Source: a virus. From it: 64,000 nt of DNA. Numbering within the stretch: position 1 is the first letter of the stretch; each line of letters starts with the position of its first letter. The stretch lies in IMG/VR virus record IMGVR_UViG_3300037247_000990, positions 3,730 through 67,729 of that record. The stretch is one strand, 5' to 3'. The notes under the pieces are model-generated. The model saw only the letters and a list, made by a program, of their open reading frames with translations. It made no database searches and had not been told where the DNA came from. Positions 17,378 to 25,583 of the stretch are shown here, piece by piece. A program made the translations under genes and the position numbers.

Positions 17378-18274
17378 ATGCCACAAGTGCGGCGAAAACT
17401 CAGGATCACCGAGGTGTCGCTGTGTGCTGACCCGGCCAACAGCGACGCAAGGGTGGCCTTGTTCAAAACGGCGGACCATGAAGACCTCGATAAAGTTCGC
17501 AAAGCGTCGCCAAAGGCTAACCCCGGCAAGTCCTTGTCGAATGTCTTGAAGGAGAGCGACGTGCCCAAAATCGACCTCACCAAAATCGACTTCTCCGGCA
17601 TCGAAGATGAAGCCGTTCGAGAGGCCCTTACGGCCAGCGTTACCGAGGTAGCCGAGGCGGCGAACGAAGCCATCGAGGCATCCGAGAAAGCGACGGCCGA
17701 GAAGGAAGAGGAACTCGCGACCGTCAAGACCGAGTTGGAGGAGGCTAAGAAGGCGGCCGAGGAGAAGGACGAGGACGGCGGCAAGAAGAAGCCCGTCGAC
17801 AAGTCGAGGCTCTCGGATGCGGAGAGGGCCCAGGTGGAGGCCCTCGAAAAGTCGAACGAGGACTTGCGCAAGGAAGCCGAGGCCAAGGAGAAGCGGATCG
17901 TCAGTCTCGAGGATGTCGAGAAGACCCGCGAGATGACGGACCTCGCAAAGTCGTTCGACTCGGTCACCTACGACACCGACGACCTGGTGTCGATTTTCAA
18001 GAGCTGCGACGAGGACGAACTCACCGCGCTCAAGAAGTTGCTCAGCGCGGTCAACGAGCAGATCAAGACGGCCGCCCTGTTCGCCGAGCTGGGCAAGGCC
18101 GGCAGCGTCGGCGGCGACGCCTACGCGCAGCTCCAGGACCTCGCCAAGGATCTCCGCAAGACGGAGACCGGGCTGACTCAGCATCAGGCGTTCTCCAAGG
18201 TCTACGACGCCAACCCCGATCTGGCTGCTCAGCACAAGCGCGAGCAAGCCGAGAAGCGCCAACTGGCCCACTGA
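17378..18274 (+). CDS. Capsid scaffolding protein with a short N-terminal protease-like motif
   Basis: EVSLCADPAN motif, then an acidic coiled coil; precedes the capsid genes; internal AAGGAG-GTG start at 17561. Confidence 0.7.
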   Translation: MPQVRRKLRITEVSLCADPANSDARVALFKTADHEDLDKVRKASPKANPGKSLSNVLKESDVPKIDLTKIDFSGIEDEAVREALTASVTEVAEAANEAIEASEKATAEKEEELATVKTELEEAKKAAEEKDEDGGKKKPVDKSRLSDAERAQVEALEKSNEDLRKEAEAKEKRIVSLEDVEKTREMTDLAKSFDSVTYDTDDLVSIFKSCDEDELTALKKLLSAVNEQIKTAALFAELGKAGSVGGDAYAQLQDLAKDLRKTETGLTQHQAFSKVYDANPDLAAQHKREQAEKRQLAH

Positions 18275-18306
18275 CAGCGGTCAACGGGCAAGATTAGGAG
18301 GCCATC

Positions 18307-18714
18307 ATGGCTACCCAGAACCAGCTCTTTCAGCTCCCCGGCATGACCGCCGACGCGAACCTCTCGGCGAAGCAGTTTTACTTCGTCGTGCAGGGGACCA
18401 CCAAGAAGCGCGTCGGGCTTGCCAGCGTCGACGGCGAGGTCGTGGATGGCGTCTTGCAGAACAAGCCGAACGCCTCCGGCCAGGTGGCCGAGGTCATGTC
18501 GAGTGGACTTACCAAGGTCGTTGCTGGTGAGACGCTATCTCCGGGAGACCTTATCAAGACGGGATCGGACGGGAAGGCATTGATAGCCGAAGGCACGATC
18601 ACCGGCGCGGACTTGGGCGACTACGTCGTCGGCCGGTGCTATATCGGCGCGGCCTCCGGTGAAATCGCGACGATCAGCATCGGGCTGATCTCGTTCCGCG
18701 TCGAAGCCCAGTAA
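18307..18714 (+). CDS. Head decoration/cement protein (DUF2190-like)
   Basis: GVLQNKP motif; lies between scaffold and major capsid protein. Confidence 0.7.
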   Translation: MATQNQLFQLPGMTADANLSAKQFYFVVQGTTKKRVGLASVDGEVVDGVLQNKPNASGQVAEVMSSGLTKVVAGETLSPGDLIKTGSDGKALIAEGTITGADLGDYVVGRCYIGAASGEIATISIGLISFRVEAQ

Positions 18715-18738
18715 CCGCCCATCGAATAGGAGGGTTCA

Positions 18739-19692
18739 ATGCCCCAACCGACCACTTCTGATGTACACGTCGATGCGGCGCTGTCCGACATCTCGATAGC
18801 GTTCCTGCAGGACGAGGCGAAGTACGTCGCCGGCAGGGTGTTCCCACCAGTCGCGGTGGACCATCGCACCGACAAGTTCCACGTGTGGGAACGCAACGAC
18901 TTCCTCCGCGACGAGGCCGAAGTCAGGCCCCCGGCCACCGAGTCGGCCGGCGGCGGGATCACGCTGACCCAGGACTCGTATTCCTGCGACGTCTGGGCCT
19001 TCCACAAGGACATCGACGCCCAGGTGAGGGCCAACGCCGACCCGGCGGTCGACCTGGAACGGACGGCGACGCTGTACGTTTCCCAGGTCATGCTGACCCG
19101 GCGCGAGCGGCAGTTCGCCGACGACTACTTCAAGCTCGGTGTCTGGACCACCGACGTGGTCGGCGCGACGGACTTCGCCAAGTGGACCGACGCCACCAGC
19201 GACCCGGAGAAGGACGTGGCGGACGGCGTCAAGTCGATCCTCAAGCTGACCGGGTTCAAGCCGAACGTCCTGCTCGTTGGGTTTGACGTGCACCAGGCCC
19301 TCAAGAGGCACCCGCTGATCAAGGATCGGTACAAGCACACGTCGGCCGAGAGCATCACCGCCGAGATGATCGCCCGGTTCCTGGAGATCGACCGCTACAT
19401 GGTCTCCGAGGCGATCTACGCGACGAACGTGGAGGGTGGGGTCAAGGCGTACGACTTCCACCTGGGCGGCGACGCCATGCTGGTGTTCGCCAACCCGACC
19501 CCCGGACTGATGGTGCCGAGCGCCGGCTACAACTTCGTGTGGCGCGGCCTGACCGGGATGAACGACCTCGGGGTCGCCATCGCCAACATCCCCGTGCCCC
19601 TCAAGAAGGCCGACCGGATCGAGGGCGAGTTCGCCTTCGACATGAAGGTGGTGTCCGCCGAACTCGGGTACTTCTTCTCGGCGGCGGTCTGA
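18739..19692 (+). CDS. Major capsid protein
   Basis: HVDAALSDISIA...VFPPV, W.D..SDP..D and PSAGYNF; strong codon bias; AGGAGG SD. Confidence 0.88.
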   Translation: MPQPTTSDVHVDAALSDISIAFLQDEAKYVAGRVFPPVAVDHRTDKFHVWERNDFLRDEAEVRPPATESAGGGITLTQDSYSCDVWAFHKDIDAQVRANADPAVDLERTATLYVSQVMLTRRERQFADDYFKLGVWTTDVVGATDFAKWTDATSDPEKDVADGVKSILKLTGFKPNVLLVGFDVHQALKRHPLIKDRYKHTSAESITAEMIARFLEIDRYMVSEAIYATNVEGGVKAYDFHLGGDAMLVFANPTPGLMVPSAGYNFVWRGLTGMNDLGVAIANIPVPLKKADRIEGEFAFDMKVVSAELGYFFSAAV

Positions 19693-20081
19693 TGCCGGGC
19701 CCCGGCAACGGGTCGACGCTGGCCCCGATGGGTGAGCCGCTTGGCGAGTATGGCGGCGTCATCCTCCGCGACCTGACGATCTTCGGCGAGGACTACCACC
19801 CCGGCGACGAGATCGCCGGTGAAATCCTGGGCCAAGTCCCGATCAACAACCTGATCGCTCTCCGGGATACGTCGATGATCCGGTTCCTCGACAAGTCGGG
19901 GACCGGCGATAACGACCGGATCGAGGAGCTCGAAATGGTCGTCGCCGACCTCGCCCTTCAGCTCGAAGTGTCACAGAAGATCGAGGCCGGGTTGGCGGCG
20001 ACGGTCAAGACCCTCAAGGCCGATGTCGGGAAACTGAAGTCGGCCGCGACGAGGCGGGCGACGGCAAAGTCGAAGAAGTAA
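19692..20081 (+). CDS. Hypothetical virion-associated protein
   Basis: TGATG coupling with the capsid gene; C-terminal coiled coil. Confidence 0.6.
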   Translation: MPGPGNGSTLAPMGEPLGEYGGVILRDLTIFGEDYHPGDEIAGEILGQVPINNLIALRDTSMIRFLDKSGTGDNDRIEELEMVVADLALQLEVSQKIEAGLAATVKTLKADVGKLKSAATRRATAKSKK

Positions 20082-20091
20082 GGAGCCAGCC

Positions 20092-20337
20092 ATGGTGGAA
20101 CTAGCACGGCCAATCGTTCAGCACGAGAAGGGCGCTATCGCCGCCGGCTCAGTCTGCTTTGGTCTCGACAAGGACCTGTGGGACATCAACGGCGCGGGCA
20201 CGCCGACCGACGGTACCGCCGGTGACGGCGCGGGGTTTACCGGTAAGGGTGCCCGGTACACGGACACCACCAACGGCAAGCTGTACGTCAACACCGGCAC
20301 CAAGGCGTCGCCGACCTGGCAGGACCAGAACCCATAA
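20092..20337 (+). CDS. Putative head decoration/fibre protein
   Basis: GTPTDG...G..YTDTTNGKLYVNTGT..SPTW motif; AGGAG SD. Confidence 0.6.
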   Translation: MVELARPIVQHEKGAIAAGSVCFGLDKDLWDINGAGTPTDGTAGDGAGFTGKGARYTDTTNGKLYVNTGTKASPTWQDQNP

Positions 20338-20346
20338 GGATGAGCC

Positions 20347-20664
20347 GTGGCGGAGCGGGAATGGTCAGAGACGGACAGCAAGGACGACGCCGTCGCCACC
20401 GCGACCCACGCGGCGGTGACCGGCAAGCAGTACCGTGCCACCCACGTTCAGGCATCGTTCTCGGCCGCTCCGTCCAGTCCGGTCCTGTTGCAGATCAAGG
20501 ACGGCACGACGGTGGTCTGGGAGGGCTACGTAGCGCTCGCTGAGGGCATCGACGTGTCCCTGGCTATACCGGGCACCCTCGGCAACCTGATGAGCGCCAC
20601 GCTCGCCGCCAGCGGCACCGGCGGTAGAGTAGGAAAAGTCAACATCCAAGGCACGGAATTCTGA
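20347..20664 (+). CDS. Hypothetical structural protein
   Basis: Beta-rich composition; within the structural operon. Confidence 0.55.
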   Translation: MAEREWSETDSKDDAVATATHAAVTGKQYRATHVQASFSAAPSSPVLLQIKDGTTVVWEGYVALAEGIDVSLAIPGTLGNLMSATLAASGTGGRVGKVNIQGTEF

Positions 20665-20665
20665 G

Positions 20666-21073
20666 ATGGCGAAGTTCGTAGGCGACAACGTCCTCGATGC
20701 GGCGCTGGAGTACATCGCGGATCGGGGCGACGAGCTGGTCATCCTTGACGGCCAACCGACGATCACGGAGCACATCAAGGAAAACGCCGGTGTCGGGGCC
20801 GGCAAGGGTCTGGGTCGCATCACCCTGACCCTGATCACCGGCGGCGGCGACTACGCCATCGCCGACGGCGACACCAACGGCCGCAAGCTGACCGTCTCAC
20901 AGCAGACCGACATCAACATCGACGTGACCGGCACCGCGACCGACGTTGGGATTTGGAATACCGCGACCGGCGAAATTCTGCTATCAACGACGCTTACCGC
21001 GTCGCAGGGCGTGACCTCCGGCAACACCGCCACGGTCAACGCCTTCGACGATGAAATTGCTGACGCGGCTTAG
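20666..21073 (+). CDS. Hypothetical structural protein
   Basis: DNVLDAAL...ADGDTNGRKLTV pattern; high codon bias. Confidence 0.65.
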   Translation: MAKFVGDNVLDAALEYIADRGDELVILDGQPTITEHIKENAGVGAGKGLGRITLTLITGGGDYAIADGDTNGRKLTVSQQTDINIDVTGTATDVGIWNTATGEILLSTTLTASQGVTSGNTATVNAFDDEIADAA

Positions 21074-21328
21074 GCCCGCGTCTGATCTCTAACCGTAACA
21101 AAAGGAATATTTTCATGGCTGAAGATATACGTGAAGGACAGAGCAAGCACATCGAGCAAGAGCGGCGTCGTGGCGGATGCCTTGGTTACGGCCATGGCGG
21201 TCCTTCAGGCCCAGGCGCTCAAGGACAAAGAATAGCGTCGTTACCGCACCGACCGTGAATAGGCGGGCGTCCGGCCTCACTGGTCGCGCGCCCGCTTTTC
21301 GTTTGGACTAATTGAAGGAACCGAAGCC

Positions 21329-21577
21329 ATGGGCCGATACCGGATGGACGTACAGATTAACGCGACGCTGGTTGTCGAGGCCGATTCGGTGCAACAGGCG
21401 TTGGATCGCGCTGGCCAGGCGTCGCCGACGATGTCGGGCAAGCCGATGTTGGGAACGCGGATCAAGCTGTCGGGCGCAGCGCCGGTGGCCAACCACGTTT
21501 TGACGCCTAACAAAATCCGCCAGCGGCATGGGCTGCAATCGGCGGGGCCATCGTCGCGGCTGCCACGGTCTCGCTGA
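21329..21577 (+). CDS. Hypothetical protein
   Basis: AAGGA SD; short ORF. Confidence 0.4.
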   Translation: MGRYRMDVQINATLVVEADSVQQALDRAGQASPTMSGKPMLGTRIKLSGAAPVANHVLTPNKIRQRHGLQSAGPSSRLPRSR

Positions 21578-21697
21578 CCTCGTGGACCGTAACCATGCCG
21601 GAGGGTTGATCAACACAAGGACCAACTTTTGGGTTGTGCGCCCGCCGGTCATTCCGCGGGTCGTACAACATCAATTATGACTGAGTGAGGGATTTTA

Positions 21698-23851
21698 ATG
21701 TATCGACTACTTTTAGCGTTTTGGTTGCTTGTTGGGACGGCGGTTCCAGTCGCTACTCATGAGCTAGTTACGCGCCCAGAGCACGATACGGATATCCAGA
21801 CTCTACAGGACGCGACAGACACTCGGTTACAGGCTCTAGAGCAAGCCGTAGACGGGCTAGACAGTCGGATGCAGGCTTTGGAAGCCGTACCACCGACAGA
21901 GCCGCCTACGGAGCCTCCGACAGAGCCTCCTACAGAACTCGGTATTTGGCAGCAACTTCCAAATACCGCGCCGAGTAGTATTCTCTTTACGCAGGATGAG
22001 GTTCCACCGGAGGCTTGGGGGCAGTCCGGCTCGGCGGGGATTCTTAGGTCGTGGGGTGGGGCCGCCTTCGACCCGGTTCGACGGGTCTTCTACGTGCACG
22101 GTGGCGGCCATCGCGCCTATGGCGGCAATGAGGTCTATGCCTTCTCTGTAGACACGGCGACTTGGGAGCGGTTGACCAGCCCCTCCAATTTGGTGTGGCG
22201 GGATGACCTGTGTCTTGACACCGTGGACGATACGCCTCGCTCGTCACATACCTACGACGCCTGGGAGTTTTCGCCGCTCACCGGAGAGATTTATCGCTGG
22301 AGCAACACCCCGTTTCCGAATTCTTCTTCAGGTAGGTGCGGCGCGGAGTTTTGGGCCTTCAATCCAGAAACCAAGTCTTGGCGCGAACTGTCGCCTAAAC
22401 CCGAGGTCATCGCGGGTGCTACTCCATCAATCGCTGTCGATCCTCAGAATGGTTGGCTTCTTCTCGCCGCGCCTCGCGCGACCTGGAGCTATGATCCGGA
22501 AACCGACAGTTACACGAAGCTGTTTAATAGCAGGGGGGGCTGGGGCAACGGCGCGCTTGATCCAACACGCCGGGTCATGCTGATGACCATGTATAGAACT
22601 GGGCTGTTCGCGATAGACCTCAATACGGGCACACAGACGGAGGTAGTAACAGTCGAGGAAATCGCCATACCTCAAAGTTTGTTGTATCTCAGCGGTATCG
22701 ACTATTCACCAACGCGAGATCGCTGGGTGCTGTGGGCGGGCGACGGGAATGTTTACACCGTCCATCCCGAGACCTGGGAGGTGCGGGTGTACCGGCCAAC
22801 CCAAGGCCCACTTCCCACTCCATATGGAAGAGGCATTTACGGGCGCTGGCGTTACGTCGCAAGTTTGGACGCCTTCGTTGGCATCGGTCATGTCGATGAG
22901 GATGTCTGGATATATCGGTTGCCGGAGGGTGACGGTGAGCCGATATTCGTGGGGTCGATCCAGACCTGTTCGGAATCGGGGGCTTGCACGGAACACACGA
23001 GCCTTCAAGCGGCCCTCGATGCCGCCATGCCGGGTTATACGATCACCTTGTCACCGGGCGATTACTATCAGTGTGCGACTCTCCGCATAAACGGTGTGAC
23101 CATAACTGGTTCTGGAGCACACTTGCGCGATACCGCGTGTGGCGGTAAGGCGGCGCTGGTTATCAAGGGCAATGATACGGTGGTCGAGGGTCTGGAATGT
23201 TCTGGAATTAGAGTTAACGATGGAAACGGTGCCTGTATTCGGTTCGAGGGAACCAACTTGACCGTTCGCAACGTCAACTTCCATGACAGCCAGGAAGGTA
23301 TCCTGGCCGGCGGGGTGGTTGGGGATGTGCTCATCGAGGATAGTCTGTTTGAGCGGTTAGGCGGTGCCGAGGGTATCGCTCTGGGGCGAGCGCACGCCAT
23401 CTACGTCAGCGGCAGCGCCAGTTCCTTAACAATCCGAAACAGCCGCATTCTTTCTTCAAAGGAAGAGGGACATGAGGTCAAATCCCGTGCCGCTCGGACG
23501 GTGATAGAGAACAGCGTCATTGCCTCGCTTGGTGGTGTTGATTCCCGGTTGATAGATGTCCCCAATGGTGGCGAGCTTGTCGTCCGCAACAGCGTCTTGG
23601 AAATGGGGCCGAACAGCAGCAATCTTGATCTAATTGGCTATGGCCTCGAAGGCATCACTCACACCGTGAGTTGGGTCGCTATCACCGGGAACACTATCAT
23701 TACTGATCGAACCCGAAGTCGGTTATTCCACGGGTCAATCCAACCGACGATAGAAGGCAACATCTTGGTCGGTGGCGAGCAGTGGCCTAACAACGAATGG
23801 TTTGCAGATCGTGCCGCCGCTGGGCTAAGCGCCTATCCGGCTTTGCCGTAA
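21698..23851 (+). CDS. Secreted-type protein: signal peptide, coiled coil, PPTE linker, Kelch-like beta-propeller, right-handed beta-helix
   Basis: Hydrophobic N-terminus; (PPTE)x4; GGGH..YGGNEVY propeller motifs; pectate-lyase-like repeats (GNGACIR, FHDSQEGIL, GHEVKSRA). Confidence 0.75.
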   Translation: MYRLLLAFWLLVGTAVPVATHELVTRPEHDTDIQTLQDATDTRLQALEQAVDGLDSRMQALEAVPPTEPPTEPPTEPPTELGIWQQLPNTAPSSILFTQDEVPPEAWGQSGSAGILRSWGGAAFDPVRRVFYVHGGGHRAYGGNEVYAFSVDTATWERLTSPSNLVWRDDLCLDTVDDTPRSSHTYDAWEFSPLTGEIYRWSNTPFPNSSSGRCGAEFWAFNPETKSWRELSPKPEVIAGATPSIAVDPQNGWLLLAAPRATWSYDPETDSYTKLFNSRGGWGNGALDPTRRVMLMTMYRTGLFAIDLNTGTQTEVVTVEEIAIPQSLLYLSGIDYSPTRDRWVLWAGDGNVYTVHPETWEVRVYRPTQGPLPTPYGRGIYGRWRYVASLDAFVGIGHVDEDVWIYRLPEGDGEPIFVGSIQTCSESGACTEHTSLQAALDAAMPGYTITLSPGDYYQCATLRINGVTITGSGAHLRDTACGGKAALVIKGNDTVVEGLECSGIRVNDGNGACIRFEGTNLTVRNVNFHDSQEGILAGGVVGDVLIEDSLFERLGGAEGIALGRAHAIYVSGSASSLTIRNSRILSSKEEGHEVKSRAARTVIENSVIASLGGVDSRLIDVPNGGELVVRNSVLEMGPNSSNLDLIGYGLEGITHTVSWVAITGNTIITDRTRSRLFHGSIQPTIEGNILVGGEQWPNNEWFADRAAAGLSAYPALP

Positions 23852-23931
23852 CTTGCCGGACTGTAGCAATGCTCGATGTGGCTGTCATCTGCGTCGATTA
23901 CCAAATCTTCTACCAGTAAAAGGTTATGTAG

Positions 23932-24372
23932 ATGGCCGAATTTCTTATCGCCAACCACTCGAATACCGATCCTGACGGCTTTCAGGCGGACGATGTTATT
24001 GACGTGCGTGAAGACGGCTGGAATTGGACCCGGAGTGAATTGCCTCGCGTGGTGAAATTGCCGGCGATCCCTCTCACACTGGCCCAGCAATACCGGGAGG
24101 AGGATCGGGAGATTTACGTCAAGGTTCGTGAGAGCGAGACCAAGAAAACAACAGGTCAGCTTTCACTCCAGCGTGACGATGTTGAAACGGCAAAGATTAC
24201 GGTTAATACCGAGACCTTGATTAAGCCGCGCACGCTAAGTGTGGAAGACGTTGGCGCTATCAAGATTTTGAATATCCAATCCGAGGAATTAGCCTTAGAG
24301 TTTCGGTCTGTGTTTTTTGCCCGTCGCCGGTGGAAGATGGTAGGTGACGTAATAACTGATAAGTTGGCATGA
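23932..24372 (+). CDS. Hypothetical protein
   Basis: ORF coupled to the downstream gene. Confidence 0.55.
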   Translation: MAEFLIANHSNTDPDGFQADDVIDVREDGWNWTRSELPRVVKLPAIPLTLAQQYREEDREIYVKVRESETKKTTGQLSLQRDDVETAKITVNTETLIKPRTLSVEDVGAIKILNIQSEELALEFRSVFFARRRWKMVGDVITDKLA

Positions 24373-25583
24373 CCGAATTCATCTTGACCGTCAACGAAAC
24401 TTCCGGTGGCGATTTCAGTAGTTTGACTTCGTGGGAAGCGGCGATACAAGCCGATCTCACAGCGGCGGCAAGCAAGGTTTTTGCGGTTTCATCCATCGCG
24501 AATGACGGTATCGCTGATGGCGAAGCGTGTACCGGCCAGACGAGCGGCGCCACGGGCACGTTCAAGCACCTGAAGGCCGATGATTCTCAATGTTTTATCC
24601 TCGTCCTGACGAGTACGTTTCAGGCAGAGGTTATCGAGCAGGATAGCAACACCGCTAAAACGGTAACAACCTCCGACACCGGGACACAGATCACCCGAGC
24701 CACGGCACAGGTGTCGAGTGACTCGGAACTGAGCGATGCGGTGATAGTCGATGGTTGGACACTAGACAATACGCACGACATTCTTATCACTGCGATGCCT
24801 GGTCAGAGTTTTCAGGATCATGCTGATGTTCGTACCAATAAGCTAGATTATGACGCAACAAAGGGCGCGGCCATATTAAGTACTGGTGGTTTTGCTGATA
24901 CCATAAGGAATTCGGAGGGCGGTACGTTTAATTTTAATATTACAAAGTTACAGTTAAAGGCAACCGCAACAACTTCGAGAGCGCAACTTAATTCTAATGC
25001 AGGCCCTACTACCCTTAAAGACTGCATTTTTGAGTCAAATAGCTCCGACCAAACCGGTAGCAATCCCAAATTTATAATAAATTGTCTTGTGAAAAATGTC
25101 GGCACTGGTGACGGCTTAAAACTCTCGTTTGATGGTCACGCTATAACGACGACTGTTGTAAAGCCATCTTCCGGCTCCGGTGGCATTGGGATTGAATCCA
25201 ATGACGGAAATAACTCTGATTGTGTGGATTGTTGTTCGTTTGGCTTTGACACGGATTATTCCGGGACGTTCGATACCGGGAATTCAAGCAATAACGCTTC
25301 GGATAGCACGGGGAATCCGGGCTCGGCATCGCAAGACAGCCTGACCTACGCCGATCAGTTTGAGAGTGCCGCCGACGACTGGCGTGCCAAGGATGGCAGC
25401 CTAGACGCTAATGGTGTCGCCGATGAGACCAATGCGCCGGAAGATATAAGCGGCCAGGACCGAGATGGAAGTGCGCCGACAATCGGGTGCTGGGAGTTCG
25501 TGGCGGCAGTGGGCTTCGTCCCCTATCCTAATCCCCGTTACGCCCTGACCGGCGGGATGCAACCCATGCAAGGAGGCATTTGA
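24369..25583 (+). CDS. Putative virion fibre/beta-helix protein
   Basis: GGDFSSLTSWEA N-terminus; S/T/D/N-rich; DISGQDR...TIGCWEF C-terminal motif. Confidence 0.65.
   Translation: MTEFILTVNETSGGDFSSLTSWEAAIQADLTAAASKVFAVSSIANDGIADGEACTGQTSGATGTFKHLKADDSQCFILVLTSTFQAEVIEQDSNTAKTVTTSDTGTQITRATAQVSSDSELSDAVIVDGWTLDNTHDILITAMPGQSFQDHADVRTNKLDYDATKGAAILSTGGFADTIRNSEGGTFNFNITKLQLKATATTSRAQLNSNAGPTTLKDCIFESNSSDQTGSNPKFIINCLVKNVGTGDGLKLSFDGHAITTTVVKPSSGSGGIGIESNDGNNSDCVDCCSFGFDTDYSGTFDTGNSSNNASDSTGNPGSASQDSLTYADQFESAADDWRAKDGSLDANGVADETNAPEDISGQDRDGSAPTIGCWEFVAAVGFVPYPNPRYALTGGMQPMQGGI

Noticed and set aside
17362-18271. Long antisense ORFs over the scaffold gene
   Set aside because: Low-complexity L/G/S shadow frames.
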